Assembly: GCA_045863335.1 (NCBI GenBank)
Contig: BTVY01000011.1
Coordinates: 1 to 64,000, forward strand
DNA length: 64,000 nucleotides
Direction: 5' to 3'
From: Candidatus Hydrogenedentota bacterium
GTDB lineage: Bacteria; Hydrogenedentota; Hydrogenedentia; Hydrogenedentales; SLHB01
The notes below the pieces were generated by a model. The model made no database searches and had not been told where the DNA came from. It was given only the letters and a program-made list of their open reading frames with translations. Shown one piece after another: positions 28,695 through 40,837 of this stretch. Position 1 is the stretch's first letter. Every line of letters begins with the position of its first letter. The position numbers were made by a program, and so were the translations under genes.

Positions 28695-28748
28695 TCTTAT
28701 CTCTTCTGGAATGAAATCAATCTCAACTATCGCGGCAGGATATGCACC

Positions 28749-29261
28749 ATGACAAAACACGACTGGGGCCAAGCCCTCATCGATGAAACCAATCGCCGGT
28801 TTTTCGACGAGTCCATTCCTCGCATCCGCAAATGCCTGGACCAGCTCACGGACGACGAGATCTGGTATCGCCCCAACGCCGAAACCGTCAGCATCGGCAA
28901 TCTCGTGATCCACCTCTGCGGCAACGCGCGGCAGTGGATCTGCTCCGGACTCGGCGGCGAACCCGACCACCGCGAACGTTCCAAGGAATTCGCCGAGCGC
29001 GGTCCCATACCGCGCGCGGAACTGCTCAGCCGTCTCGACACCATCGAGGCCGACGTGCGCCGCACGCTCGAAACCGTCGATCCCACATCGCTGCTCGACA
29101 AACGCCCCGTCCAGATCTACCAGGAATCCGGCCTCAGCATCCTCGTCCACGTGGTCGAGCATTTCTCCTACCACACCGGCCAGATTACCTACGCCGTCAA
29201 ATCGCGCAAAGCCGTCGACATGGGCTACTATGCTGGGCAGAAGTTGGAAGGGAAACCGTAG
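28749..29261 (+). CDS. DinB/DUF1572-family protein
   Basis: SIGNLVIHLCGN, RERSKEF, HVVEHFSYHTGQI. Confidence 0.88.
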   Translation: MTKHDWGQALIDETNRRFFDESIPRIRKCLDQLTDDEIWYRPNAETVSIGNLVIHLCGNARQWICSGLGGEPDHRERSKEFAERGPIPRAELLSRLDTIEADVRRTLETVDPTSLLDKRPVQIYQESGLSILVHVVEHFSYHTGQITYAVKSRKAVDMGYYAGQKLEGKP

Positions 29262-29305
29262 CTCGGAACCCCTCATAGGCATCGACACCGGCTTGGAGAC
29301 GCGTC

Positions 29306-29575
29306 ATGACTACTCAAGCGGAATCTCGTGGAAATCACGATACGGTATTCAAACGTTTGGTGCTGACCATTTTGGGCTGGATAGGATTAGTGATCGCGTG
29401 TAATTTGATTGGAGGAGAGTGGGTGGGTTTCCTCTTGAGTTTGTTGGTCACGTTCATCGCTGCGATTCTTTTTATCGGTTTCCTAATTGAGGGGCTCGTC
29501 CGCATGGCCCTATACCATCGCGACCGCTATATGCTGCACCAGGATCCCTCGAAAGACCCATCCCAACCTACGTAG
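29306..29575 (+). CDS. Small two-TM membrane protein
   Basis: GGAG RBS; two hydrophobic helices; visibly more AT-rich than neighbours. Confidence 0.6.
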   Translation: MTTQAESRGNHDTVFKRLVLTILGWIGLVIACNLIGGEWVGFLLSLLVTFIAAILFIGFLIEGLVRMALYHRDRYMLHQDPSKDPSQPT

Positions 29576-29595
29576 AACACGAGGTGTTGGGCAGT

Positions 29596-32250
29596 ATGTC
29601 TTGGACACTCGTGGCATTTCTGACGTTGGCTGGCTCCAGCGGTTCTTCAGTTGGAATAGTGTTTGATAATGATTTCGGAACAACTACTGCGGAACACCCT
29701 TTGCCTTCGGAATTCAGTGCGGGGCCTACCGATGCGAAGACCGACGCGAACGGTGTGGTAGAGTGGGTCGACGACGGACATTCCGGCGGCGGAGCGGTGC
29801 AAATCACGCGGACTAACACGTCTCACGGGTTCTCGCTGAACCTTCCCACTTTGGAACTGGCTGAGGCGGAAAGGCCGCGCCGATTTCTGCTCGTCGCCTG
29901 GATCAAGCGCTTCGGCGAGCCCGCGCGCGTTTCCGCGCCGCGCATCACCTTACAAGCCTTCGACTCGGAATGGACCGGCGCGTGCCAGACGCTGCGGCAT
30001 ACCGAGTCCAATCCCTATCTGGCTCGTTGGTCGAAAGAGGCGTGGCTCCTGGAAGAGTTGGAGGGAAAGCGGCTCGTCCGCTTGCGATGGCTCATCGACG
30101 CGGCGAAGTTCGGCGACGGAATCGCCTTTGACGATATCGCGTTATACGACGTAACCGGCGTGCCCGACGACACCGTCCAACAATACCTGGCGCACGAGTC
30201 TGAACCATTGCCGTCCGATTGGATCGACGTACTGCCTCCTTCGGACGGCAATCTCCTTGGAAACAGCAGTTTCGAACTGGGGCTTGCCCATGGTTGGTCC
30301 GTGCCGCCCTTGCTTCCCGAGGAACAACGCGCGGCAGTGACGAGCGAACGCGCGAAACACGGACAACGCAGCGTCGCGCTCGAAATTGCTGAGGCCCGCG
30401 AACCGTCGCTTGTGGGCAGGTTCGTCGCAGTGCGGCCTCATCAGACCCATTCGCTGTCCGTATGGTGCTATGCCGAGCAAGAGGGATGCGTCGTCACGCT
30501 GCAGTTTGAGAACGGTTACGTGCCCGATCACGCCGGCCCACATCGGGTCGAGGCCCGTCACGAGATTCCCGCGGGCGAGTGGACGCGCGTTCACACCACG
30601 GGCGTGGTCCAAGAAGGACCGGCCAATGCGTACGCCATCAAGATAAGCGCGGATGGGCTCTCGGTTGGGCGGGTCTTCATCGACGCCGTGCAGTTCGAGG
30701 AAGGAGATCCGCGTCCGTACGCGCCACGCCTACCATTGGAAGTGGCGATCGTGCCAGTACCGGTGGACGGCCTGTTTTCGTGGGACGAACCGATCCGGTA
30801 CAGCATACGCGCATTCAATGCGACGGAAGCGGATATCGCCGCGAACTTGCGCGTGACCGCTGCGGACTTCTGGGGACGTCTTGTCTTTGGTTCCCCTCTC
30901 GATACGCAGACGTGGCCGCCTGGCCTGACGGATGTGCCTTACGGGTCGGCCGTCCCCGCCCGCGGCAGCCTTCGATATCGCGTCACGCGCGACGAAGTTG
31001 TCGAGGACGAATGCACGATCACCATCGTTCCGCCGGTGCGATATCCGGGGCGCAATCCCGATTCCCGGTTCGGCCAGCACGTGAAATTGGAACCGTGGCA
31101 ATTGGGGGTTGCCAAGCGACTGGGTGCAGGATGGGTGCGTCTCCACGACGTGGAACGAATACTCACCTGGGACGGCGTCGAACCCGAGAAAGGCGCGTAC
31201 GCCTGGCACGATGCTTCCGTTGCCCTGGCCCATGAAGCCGGACTGGAAGTCCTCGGCGTGCTGGGACGGGTTCCCGGATGGATGCTCGAACCGCCACAGG
31301 CGACCGGCGCGTGGGTCGCGCCCACGGATCTGGACGCCTGGTCTGGATACGTGGAGGCCACGACCGCCCATTACGCGGGAATCGTCGATACGTGGGAAGT
31401 CTGGAACGAGCCCTACGGCCACGGCTTCGCCGGATTCAGCGGCGAAAGCTATGCCGCTCTCTGCAATGCAGCTTATTCCGCGGCACGATCGGGAAATCCG
31501 AATGCACGGGTCCTCGGTTTGTGTACGTGGGAAGGTGCAACGGAATTCAATCGGGCCGCGCTGGACCACGGGGTCCGTGATGCGTGCGACGCCTTCAGCT
31601 ATCACGTCTATACGAGCACGGGTGAGGATGCCTACGAGCGCACGCGGCGCCTCTGGGATCAACTCGAGCTTGACGCTCACCCCCGGCCCTTATGGATGAC
31701 CGAAGGCATCGGCGGATATACCCACAGTTGGCATTCCCACGTTCTCCCTGCCGTCGACGATCGCTATTCCCGCAATCCGGGCGCGCCTTCCTTCACGGCG
31801 GAGGAAGCCGCGATCGTCTCCGTGAAGGCCATGGTCAATATCCTCGCCGGTGGCGCGGAGAAGGTCTTCTACTATTGGTCGCCCTGGGAAGGGGCGGGCA
31901 GCAACCAACCTAGCCGGTACACTTGGTTTGAATACAGCGGCCAATTGAAACCTCACGCGGCCGCCTACGCGGTTTGCGCTTACCTGCTTAAAGGTTCCGA
32001 TTCAACGGGAAGGTCTGAGACGGACGCGGGGACCGTGACCTGCACATTTGCGCGAAATGGGGAGACCGTCGCGGTTATCTGGCAAAAAGAGCCGTCCGGC
32101 CCCGCATGGCTGCCCGTCCCGAAAGGCGCAACGGCGTTCGACCTCATGGGGAACCCACTCGCCATTACCAACGATGGGCTTGAGATTCGTAATGCTCCCG
32201 TATACCTTCTGTCCGCCGCCGAAGACGTGTTGGGCAGCCATGCCGATTGA
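29596..32250 (+). CDS. Secreted clan GH-A glycoside hydrolase (GH5/GH39-like) with N-terminal CBM-like domains
   Basis: NLLGNSSFE..FIDAVQFEEG CBM4/9-like module; WEVWNEP acid/base; FSYHVY; LWMTEG nucleophile. Confidence 0.8.
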   Translation: MSWTLVAFLTLAGSSGSSVGIVFDNDFGTTTAEHPLPSEFSAGPTDAKTDANGVVEWVDDGHSGGGAVQITRTNTSHGFSLNLPTLELAEAERPRRFLLVAWIKRFGEPARVSAPRITLQAFDSEWTGACQTLRHTESNPYLARWSKEAWLLEELEGKRLVRLRWLIDAAKFGDGIAFDDIALYDVTGVPDDTVQQYLAHESEPLPSDWIDVLPPSDGNLLGNSSFELGLAHGWSVPPLLPEEQRAAVTSERAKHGQRSVALEIAEAREPSLVGRFVAVRPHQTHSLSVWCYAEQEGCVVTLQFENGYVPDHAGPHRVEARHEIPAGEWTRVHTTGVVQEGPANAYAIKISADGLSVGRVFIDAVQFEEGDPRPYAPRLPLEVAIVPVPVDGLFSWDEPIRYSIRAFNATEADIAANLRVTAADFWGRLVFGSPLDTQTWPPGLTDVPYGSAVPARGSLRYRVTRDEVVEDECTITIVPPVRYPGRNPDSRFGQHVKLEPWQLGVAKRLGAGWVRLHDVERILTWDGVEPEKGAYAWHDASVALAHEAGLEVLGVLGRVPGWMLEPPQATGAWVAPTDLDAWSGYVEATTAHYAGIVDTWEVWNEPYGHGFAGFSGESYAALCNAAYSAARSGNPNARVLGLCTWEGATEFNRAALDHGVRDACDAFSYHVYTSTGEDAYERTRRLWDQLELDAHPRPLWMTEGIGGYTHSWHSHVLPAVDDRYSRNPGAPSFTAEEAAIVSVKAMVNILAGGAEKVFYYWSPWEGAGSNQPSRYTWFEYSGQLKPHAAAYAVCAYLLKGSDSTGRSETDAGTVTCTFARNGETVAVIWQKEPSGPAWLPVPKGATAFDLMGNPLAITNDGLEIRNAPVYLLSAAEDVLGSHAD

Positions 32251-32273
32251 AACCGTTGGACAGGAGTACGTCC

Positions 32274-32990
32274 ATGGATGAGTTGAAGTTAGATTTGCGC
32301 GATTTTAATCGCATCGTCTTTTTCACCGGTGCTGGGTTATCCGCGGAAAGCGGGATTCCGACCTACCGGGGCCATGGCGGGGTGTGGGCCGAATACAACT
32401 ACGAAGACTTCGCTTGCCAGCAGGCCTTTCTTCGCGACCCGGAAAAGGTTTGGGACTTCCACGACAAAAGACGCTCCAAAGTCGCGGCCTGCGAGCCCAA
32501 CGCGGGGCATCGCGCCATCGCGGACGTGCAACGCACGAAACCCGATACCGTCATCATCACGCAAAACATTGACGGGCTTCACCAGCGCGCGGGCGCCACG
32601 AACGTCATCGATTTGCATGGGAGCCTCTGGCGGGTCCGCTGCGAAGACGAAGATATCGTAGTCCCCAACGACCGGGTGCCAATCGAGCCGCGCCGTTGCA
32701 CGTGCGGCGCCTATTGGAGGCCCGACATCGTCTGGTTCGGCGACATGCTCGATCCCGGAAACATCGAGCGGGCGATCCGGGCCTTGCAGAAGTGCGACCT
32801 CTTGATAAGCGTCGGCACATCGGGAGTTGTTTATCCCGCCGCGGACTTGCCGCGGATCGCAATGGAATCCGGTGCCACCACGATCGAAATCAACCTGGAA
32901 GATACCCCTGTGAGCCGTCTCTACCAGCACAGAATTCGGCATACGGCATCGGCCGCATTGGCGGCCCTGACAGAAGCGCCCATCTGCTAA
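32274..32990 (+). CDS. cobB: Sir2/CobB-family NAD-dependent protein deacylase
   Basis: FTGAGLSAESGIPTYRG, TQNIDGLHQRAG, LHGS, RPDIVWFG, GTSGVVYPAA. Confidence 0.9.
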   Translation: MDELKLDLRDFNRIVFFTGAGLSAESGIPTYRGHGGVWAEYNYEDFACQQAFLRDPEKVWDFHDKRRSKVAACEPNAGHRAIADVQRTKPDTVIITQNIDGLHQRAGATNVIDLHGSLWRVRCEDEDIVVPNDRVPIEPRRCTCGAYWRPDIVWFGDMLDPGNIERAIRALQKCDLLISVGTSGVVYPAADLPRIAMESGATTIEINLEDTPVSRLYQHRIRHTASAALAALTEAPIC

Positions 32991-33300
32991 AATCGCCAAA
33001 GCGGTAGTCAACGGTACCAGAACTCACTCCCGGTCCTGTCAAGGTAGGTCATTATTTTTTATAGACTTAAGTGCGGTCGCGACGGCGAACTGCCGGCAAA
33101 TTCTGTTCGGAACATACTTCTTTTGTTATAATAGAAAAGAGCATAAAGGTCTGGCCGTTTGGCCAGTACGCGGGTTCCTTAAAAGCAGGAATCCAAAGAG
33201 GGGGGAGACCGGCATCCCAAGTGCCGTCTCAGTGGCGCCCACAGAGCAGTGTCGGCGCGCTCGGAGTTCGCCGCTCGAACTCCGAAACCAGGGGGACCAC

Positions 33301-35451
33301 ATGATGGGGCGAGACAGGGCGACGGACCACGATTCTGCCTCCGAGTACGGGGACGAGTGGAATCTTGGTAGTCAGTCTGGACCCCGCGAACACGCAGCCC
33401 AAGGTGTGCTCGACAATGGGCTTTCCCGGCAGGCGCAGTCGAGCCGAAACTTCTCTCAAGAGACGGAGTACGCCATCGCGGCGGAGATAGCCGCCGCGGT
33501 GCGTGAAGCGAACGCACGGTGTGACGCCGTGCGCCCTCTGTTGGAAAGTCTTGCCACACGGGTGCCGGGCATGCTGTATCAATACCGGCACTATCCCGAT
33601 GGGCGTTCCTGTTTTCCCTTCGCGAGCGAGCGTATACATGAGGTCTACGAAGTGGCGCCGAAGGACGTTGTCACCGACTGCTCCATCGTTTTCGAACGGC
33701 TGCACCGGGATGACGAAGCGCGGGTTCGGGCTTCAATCATCAAATCCTTTGAGGCGCTTGCACCGTGGAAATGCGATTACCGGGTATCGCTACCCTCCCG
33801 GGGTGAACGTTGGCTTCGAGGCGACGCGGTACCGGAGCGACTTGAAGACGGAAGCGTGCTGTGGCACGGCTACATCGCGGACATTACCGACCAGAAACGC
33901 GTGGAACAGGCACTGCACGAAAGCGAAGCGACTTTTCGCGCCCTCTTCGAACAGGCCGGTATCGGTATGGCCATGGTCGACCCGAAGGGGAGAATAGTCC
34001 GAGCCAACGAAAAACTGGTCAGGCTTCTCGGCTATCAGGCGCCGGAACTCTGCGGCATGCATGGACGAAGGGTAACGCATCCTGACGACTACGATTCCGA
34101 GAAGGTCCAGTTTATCGAGATGTTGGAGGGGAAAAACTCAGGCTACTGCGTCGAGAAGCGCTATATCCGCAAGGACGGCACCGTAATCTGGGGCCGCTTG
34201 ACGCTGACTGCGGTGCACAATCCTGCCGGGAAGTCCCCGTTCGCGATCGGGATGGTCGAGGATATCACGGACCGGAAGCGCGCGGAGGAAGAGCGGGAGC
34301 GAGCGGAATCGGAACTTCGCCACGCACAACGCATGGAAGTTGTGGGGCGGCTGGCGGGCGGCGTGGCCCATGATTTCAACAACATGCTGGGCGTAATCCT
34401 GGGGTGCGCGGAAGACGCGTTGAACCGCCTCAATCTGGATAATCCGTTGCGGCAGGATCTTGAAGGAATCCGGAGCGCCGCACAGCGGTCCGCCGATCTC
34501 ACCCGGCAACTTCTCGCGTTTTCCCGGAAGCAGACCATCGTCCCCAAAGTAATCAACCTCAACCAAGTGCTCGAACAGCACCAGAAGATGTTGCGCCGCA
34601 TCATCGGCGAGCGCATCCGGTTGGAGTTCAGTCCCGCTCCGGATCTCTGGCCCACATATATCGATCCCGCGCAGGTCGATCAGATCCTGGCCAACCTGGC
34701 TGTTAACGCCCGGGACGCCATCGCCGATACGGGTACCGTGACCGTAGCGACCCGGAACGTCCGCGTCGACCGTGAAAACACTTCCCGGTACGGTGGCGCA
34801 GCGGACGGCGAGTATGTACTTCTTTCCGTTTCCGACACCGGGGTGGGCATGCCTGAGGAGATCCGGGACCGGATATTCGAGCCGTTTTTTACGACGAAGG
34901 AACTTGGAAAGGGTACAGGCCTTGGCCTCTCCACGGTCTATGGGATCGTCCGGCAGAACGGCGGCTACATCGGCGTCGACAGCAGGATCGGCCACGGGAC
35001 GACATTGCGCGCCGTCTTTCCCCGCCACGATGGCGCCCAGGAATCGGAGGTCGAGAACCCCCGAACCGCGACTGAGAAAGGGACCGAGACAATCCTGCTG
35101 GTCGAAGATGAGGAAAGGCTCCTCCAACTAGTTCAGCGGCTATTGGTCCATCAAGGTTACACCGTGCTGGTTGCATCGTCCGCTGAACAGGCCGTGACCG
35201 TCGCTGCTGACGTGCGCGACGAAATACAGTTGCTGCTGACGGATGTGGTCATGCCGTCCATGAACGGAAGAGAGTTGAGCGAGCGAATCCGGCAGATCGT
35301 CCCCGGAATTCGCGTGCTCTATATGTCGGGGTACGCCGGTGACGTGATCGGAAACGTTGGCGTACACGAATCAGCGTACGATTTTATCGCAAAACCCTTT
35401 TCGGTCCTCGATCTGACCGCCAAGATTCGAAACATCCTGAACCGGGAGTAG
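33301..35451 (+). CDS. Cytoplasmic PAS-PAS hybrid histidine kinase with receiver
   Basis: Two PAS/PAC; [10 protein letters not shown]-box; NLAVNARDA; FFTTK..GTGLGL; LLVEDE..TDVVMP..KPF. Confidence 0.92.
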   Translation: MMGRDRATDHDSASEYGDEWNLGSQSGPREHAAQGVLDNGLSRQAQSSRNFSQETEYAIAAEIAAAVREANARCDAVRPLLESLATRVPGMLYQYRHYPDGRSCFPFASERIHEVYEVAPKDVVTDCSIVFERLHRDDEARVRASIIKSFEALAPWKCDYRVSLPSRGERWLRGDAVPERLEDGSVLWHGYIADITDQKRVEQALHESEATFRALFEQAGIGMAMVDPKGRIVRANEKLVRLLGYQAPELCGMHGRRVTHPDDYDSEKVQFIEMLEGKNSGYCVEKRYIRKDGTVIWGRLTLTAVHNPAGKSPFAIGMVEDITDRKRAEEERERAESELRHAQRMEVVGRLAGGVAHDFNNMLGVILGCAEDALNRLNLDNPLRQDLEGIRSAAQRSADLTRQLLAFSRKQTIVPKVINLNQVLEQHQKMLRRIIGERIRLEFSPAPDLWPTYIDPAQVDQILANLAVNARDAIADTGTVTVATRNVRVDRENTSRYGGAADGEYVLLSVSDTGVGMPEEIRDRIFEPFFTTKELGKGTGLGLSTVYGIVRQNGGYIGVDSRIGHGTTLRAVFPRHDGAQESEVENPRTATEKGTETILLVEDEERLLQLVQRLLVHQGYTVLVASSAEQAVTVAADVRDEIQLLLTDVVMPSMNGRELSERIRQIVPGIRVLYMSGYAGDVIGNVGVHESAYDFIAKPFSVLDLTAKIRNILNRE

Positions 35452-35626
35452 CGATCCAGCCCTCGCGAGCGGAGCCGCGATTCAATTGGATGCGTGCCCC
35501 GCAACTCCACATGCGACGGCCCGCGCCCATCTGCTATGATCGCCGACATTCATCATGCGAGGCCGGGTGATAGCTGCCAATGGTCGCCCACTTCGTAACC
35601 TCAGATCCCAACAAGGAGCGGATTGC

Positions 35627-36802
<1,176 letters not shown>

Positions 36803-36804
36803 TT

Positions 36805-37953
36805 ATGACGTACCCGAATCTTGATCTCACCGGAGTGCCCACGCCTTGTTACGTGGTGGACGAAGGCGCTTTGCGGCGCAATTTGGAAATCCTCGCCAAG
36901 GTGCAGGACGCGGCCCAGTGCACAATCATTCTGGCGCTCAAAGGCTTCGCCATGTGGAGCGCATTTCCCATTGTGAAGGAGTACCTGCGCGGTACGACGG
37001 CCAGTTCCGTCAACGAAGCGCGGCTCGGGCGAGAGGAATTCGGCGGCGAAGTGCACGTCTACGCGCCGGCCTACAGCGACGACGAGATGCCGGAACTGAT
37101 CCAGTTAGCCGATCACATCACCTTCAATTCCTTTACACAGTGGCAGCGCTTTCAACCGGTGATCGAGAGTAGCGAGAAACGAGTGGCTTGTGGACTGCGC
37201 ATCAATCCCGAGCACTCGGAAGTGTCCGTCAAACTCTATGATCCCTGCGCGCCCTGTTCGCGGCTGGGGATGACCCGCGCCATGTTTGAAGGACAATCGC
37301 TCGTCGGCATCTCGGGCCTGCACTTCCATACCCTTTGCGAACTGAACAGCGACGCCCTTGAGCGAACGCTCAAGGCCGTGGAAGAGAAGTTCGGCAAGTT
37401 TCTCGATCAGATGGAATGGATCAACTTTGGGGGCGGCCACCACATTACCCGGCCTGACTACAACGTCGACCTGCTGATTGAATTGGTGACCCGGTTCAGC
37501 CAACGCTACAACGTGAAGGTCTACCTCGAACCCGGCGAAGCCATTGCGCTGAACACCGGCGTGCTCGTGACCACCGTGCTCGACGTGTTCAACAACGGCA
37601 TGGACATCGCCATTCTCGACACGTCTGCCACGGCTCACATGCCCGACGTACTGGAAATGCCCTATCGTCCCGAGATTATCGGGGGCGACAAGCCCCGCAA
37701 ACTTCCTTACACCTATCGTCTCGGCGGCCTGACCTGTCTCGCGGGCGACGTGATTGGCGACTACTCCTTTAAACGTCCCCTCAAACCGGGTGACCGATTG
37801 GTGTTCCTCGACATGGCCCACTACACCATGGTGAAAAACACCACCTTCAATGGCGTACCCCTCCCATCCATCGCCTTGTACAACCCCGAAACCCGCCGAG
37901 GCCGCGTCGTCAGACGCTTTGGCTACGAGGATTACAAAAGCAGATTGTCGTAG
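36805..37953 (+). CDS. nspC: Carboxynorspermidine decarboxylase
   Basis: ILALKGF (PLP Lys), LYDPCAP.SRLG, GLHFHTLCE, GGGHHIT, HMPDVLEMPY, CLAGD, HYTMVK. Confidence 0.95.
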   Translation: MTYPNLDLTGVPTPCYVVDEGALRRNLEILAKVQDAAQCTIILALKGFAMWSAFPIVKEYLRGTTASSVNEARLGREEFGGEVHVYAPAYSDDEMPELIQLADHITFNSFTQWQRFQPVIESSEKRVACGLRINPEHSEVSVKLYDPCAPCSRLGMTRAMFEGQSLVGISGLHFHTLCELNSDALERTLKAVEEKFGKFLDQMEWINFGGGHHITRPDYNVDLLIELVTRFSQRYNVKVYLEPGEAIALNTGVLVTTVLDVFNNGMDIAILDTSATAHMPDVLEMPYRPEIIGGDKPRKLPYTYRLGGLTCLAGDVIGDYSFKRPLKPGDRLVFLDMAHYTMVKNTTFNGVPLPSIALYNPETRRGRVVRRFGYEDYKSRLS

Positions 37954-37955
37954 TT

Positions 37956-38105
37956 CAGGCTGGAGACGGGAGGCTGGAGGGGAAGCAGGCGCCGCCAAAG
38001 CAACGGCTATCAACTCCAATTGTCAGTATATAGAATCGGTCACGCTGTTCGGTATCGCGCTACCCGTGTCCCGACCGCGCCCCTTCCGCCTCCAGCCTCC
38101 TGCCT
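37956..38105. repeat. Inverted AGGCTGG-type repeat after nspC
   Basis: CAGGCTGGAGACGGGAGGCTGGAGGGGAAG ... CTTCCGCCTCCAGCCTCCTGCCT. Confidence 0.65.
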
Positions 38106-38111
38106 ATCCAC

Positions 38112-38141
38112 TTGACGACCGTGCCGCGCGTTGGGTATAAC
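38112..38141 (+). promoter_or_regulatory. Putative sigma70 promoter of comEA
   Basis: TTGACG-18 bp-TATAAC. Confidence 0.55.
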
Positions 38142-38194
38142 GCGCACTGTGCGGGGTGACTAGAACCCCCGGGTCTTTGCGGGAGGACCCTCAG

Positions 38195-39007
38195 GTGTTA
38201 TCGGGCAACCTTAGCCGTCTGCTAACGTCAAAAGAGCAATTTGTATTGGCCGGGCTTGGAGCGGCCATCGTGATTGGCTGCCTCGTCATCGCGTTCACCC
38301 GTGACGCTCCCCACACGGAAGGGGCGGCGGTAGTTGCGCCTATGGTCGATGCAGCCACCGCCAATCCAGCTCACGTTGCGCCGCCACCGCCACCCCGAAT
38401 CGATGCCACAATTCCGCCGTCACTTCCGCAGGAGAACACAACCCTTCCAAAGCAGGTCGCTGTCGCAATTTCCGGCGCGATCCGTACGCCCGGTGTCTAC
38501 ACCTTGAATCGTGGCGCTCGGGTTCAGGATCTCGTTGACGAGGCTGGCGGACTGCTCGACGAGGCAGACACGAGCGACATCAACCTGGCCGCGACACTCC
38601 TGGACGGCAGCGCGCTGACGATTCCCGCGGGGGCATATTCCTCCACCGACGGCGGTCGTCTTGTGGTGAAGGGTGCGCCACGGCAAGTCGTTCGGAACCC
38701 ATTGGAATACACGATATCCGGATGGGGGCACAGTCAGCAGGCGCACGGCACGCGCCACTTCAGCTCGACGCAACAGACGAGCCATATGGATGACGATTCC
38801 AAAACGAATGGGCTGATCGATCTCAACACGGCGTCGCAGGAACAACTCGAAACCCTCCCAGGGATCGGCGCCGTGAAAGCCCAGGAGATCATTAAGTATC
38901 GCAGCCAGCAACCCTTCAACAGCGTGGACGATCTTGACAACGTGCATGGAATTGGACTGAAGACACTCGAAAACCTGCGTCCGCTGGTCACAGTCAGTCC
39001 GGTCTGA
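38195..39007 (+). CDS. comEA: ComEA-family DNA-binding/uptake protein
   Basis: N-terminal TM, SLBB domain (ISGAIRTPGVY..RVQDLVDEAGG..INLA), HhH (IDLNTAS..LPGIG..VHGIG). Confidence 0.9.
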   Translation: MLSGNLSRLLTSKEQFVLAGLGAAIVIGCLVIAFTRDAPHTEGAAVVAPMVDAATANPAHVAPPPPPRIDATIPPSLPQENTTLPKQVAVAISGAIRTPGVYTLNRGARVQDLVDEAGGLLDEADTSDINLAATLLDGSALTIPAGAYSSTDGGRLVVKGAPRQVVRNPLEYTISGWGHSQQAHGTRHFSSTQQTSHMDDDSKTNGLIDLNTASQEQLETLPGIGAVKAQEIIKYRSQQPFNSVDDLDNVHGIGLKTLENLRPLVTVSPV

Positions 39008-39101
39008 ATCGCACGCGTTCGATCCAGGGGCGACTCCCACAAAAACACTGGACACTAGGTTCGTACTATGACAAAATCACGATGGGAGGTGCGCGTTCAT
39101 C

Positions 39102-39878
39102 ATGCTAGAGCAGCGATCCGGGTCTGAAGATACCTTCGAGCACATCGACGCCGACGCGGTTTGCGAACAATGCAGTACGGTCAACCCGGCCGGAACCTTG
39201 TTGTGCAAGACCTGCGGCAACAACCTGCGCGACCAGCGGATGCGGCGTCTTGCCGCCGATGAGGGCATGGATGTCGTCCACATCTCCGACCGGCCGCGCC
39301 GGGTCTTGACCGGCTTGTTAGTCGTCTTCGGGCTGCTGGCTGTCGTATGGGCCGCCATCAATGTTTACAACGGCAATATTGAAGAATGGCTCACTCGCCG
39401 CATTTCCACAACGCAGACGCCCGAATCCATTAACCCCGACCGCTTCTGGTCTGGAGGCGATGCGTCCCTCTACGATGCCATGGCGGCGGAACTCCGAGAA
39501 AACCCTATTACGGACGAGGAAGCCGCACTTACCTCGCCGGCGGCCGATGTGCCGGAAGGGCTTGACGGGCGATATGTCATTCGGTCCTCGGACGGATCGC
39601 GCATCGTAGGCAGCGCACTTGTGCGAACCCGCGGGGACGCCGTTTATTTCGTTGCGGAATTGGGGCGTGCTGTCGAACTTCGTGGCCGCGTTCCCGCCGG
39701 CAATGAAGAACAATATGAAGCGGAGCAGATCGGTGTAGAATGGGGGAATTCCGTCCTGGATGCCTATGGCGTCGCGCGCCCGCAGCCTGACGGCACCTAT
39801 CTTTGCGCCGGAATGGTCTCCAACGCGAACAATCAAACCTACACGGCGTCTGCATTCAAAGTCTCTCCGGCCCCCTGA
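39102..39878 (+). CDS. Zinc-ribbon single-pass membrane protein
   Basis: CEQC-x10-CKTCG, one TM helix, extracytoplasmic domain; GGAGG RBS. Confidence 0.75.
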   Translation: MLEQRSGSEDTFEHIDADAVCEQCSTVNPAGTLLCKTCGNNLRDQRMRRLAADEGMDVVHISDRPRRVLTGLLVVFGLLAVVWAAINVYNGNIEEWLTRRISTTQTPESINPDRFWSGGDASLYDAMAAELRENPITDEEAALTSPAADVPEGLDGRYVIRSSDGSRIVGSALVRTRGDAVYFVAELGRAVELRGRVPAGNEEQYEAEQIGVEWGNSVLDAYGVARPQPDGTYLCAGMVSNANNQTYTASAFKVSPAP

Positions 39879-39905
39879 CGCCGTGTAGCGAAACGGTATC
39901 CCGGT

Positions 39906-40367
39906 GTGAAAACGAAGCACTATCTGGCCGCAGGCGGCATCGTACTGGACTCTTCGGGGCGAGTCCTGATCCTCGAACGCGATGTCGAACGCGAAGGGGG
40001 AGTCGTCCACGAGGTTCGCCTCCCCAAGGGGCACGTGGACGAGGGCGAAACCGACGAGCAGGCCGCTCTCCGGGAGACCTGTGAGGAGTCTGGATACTGC
40101 GATCTCGAGATTCTCGGGGATCTTGGGATGGCCCGCAGCGAGTACGTTTTCAGAAATACGCGTTACGTTCGCGACGAACATTACTTCCTTATGCGACTCC
40201 GCAGCCGGGAATGCCGGCCGCCAGATGTGCACCCCGATTCCGAAGAGGCCCTGTTCCGGGCCGCATGGGCGCCGGGGCTCCAGGCCCTTTGTGCCGATCT
40301 CACCTACGAAAGTGAGCGTGACTTCGCAGCGCGCGCGTTGCGCTACCTACAGTCCCAGCAGCAGTAA
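39906..40367 (+). CDS. NUDIX hydrolase
   Basis: AAGGIV; Nudix box LPKGHVDEGETDEQAALRETCEESG. Confidence 0.92.
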   Translation: MKTKHYLAAGGIVLDSSGRVLILERDVEREGGVVHEVRLPKGHVDEGETDEQAALRETCEESGYCDLEILGDLGMARSEYVFRNTRYVRDEHYFLMRLRSRECRPPDVHPDSEEALFRAAWAPGLQALCADLTYESERDFAARALRYLQSQQQ

Positions 40368-40393
40368 GCCCTCTGCAATCCTGCCCTTGTACG

Positions 40394-40438
40394 TGCACAA
40401 AATCGAACACAAAATTAAATTATTGACAAAATTGTACA
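40394..40438 (+). promoter_or_regulatory. Tandem 16-bp putative enhancer (bEBP UAS) boxes
   Basis: TGCACAAAATCGAACA (40394-40409) and TTGACAAAATTGTACA (40423-40438), roughly 110-155 bp upstream of the predicted sigma54 start. Confidence 0.55.
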
Positions 40439-40522
40439 AGTTAAGACCGGCGATTAACGCGATCTGGCCTGCCTTGTCAAGCTAACTCCGCCAAATACAC
40501 CATATTTTATTGAATATGCAAA

Positions 40523-40539
40523 TTGGCACGAACATTGCT
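40523..40539 (+). promoter_or_regulatory. sigma54 (-24/-12) promoter
   Basis: TTGGCACGAACATTGCT; GG at 40525-40526 and GC at 40537-40538, exact consensus spacing, in an AT-rich island. Confidence 0.85.
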
Positions 40540-40633
40540 CTGTCAATAATTGACCGTCGCGGGATTAGGAGACCGTCGACGGTAGCTGTGATGCGAAGAT
40601 GCACAAGCTTAACGACGGGAGATAAAACGAGCA

Positions 40634-40786
40634 ATGAGTAGCGGAATCGAGACCAAGTCACCCATCACGGCGTGGTATCTCACGCGAATTCGCGGATTGA
40701 AAGTCGCTTATCGGTCCCTCCAGCCGAAGTACGTGGCCATGGGCTTCGTGGTATACGCGACCACCTGGGTCATCGTGCCCAGCTAA
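40634..40786 (+). CDS. Small 50-aa protein with hydrophobic C-terminus (below the ORF-track cutoff)
   Basis: MSSGIETKSPITAWYLTRIRGLKVAYRSLQPKYVAMGFVVYATTWVIVPS*; GGGAG upstream; lies between the sigma54 promoter and a terminator. Confidence 0.6.
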   Translation: MSSGIETKSPITAWYLTRIRGLKVAYRSLQPKYVAMGFVVYATTWVIVPS

Positions 40787-40837
40787 CTTCACCCTCAATA
40801 CGCGGCTAAGCCGCGTGCCCTCATAATCCCACCTCCG

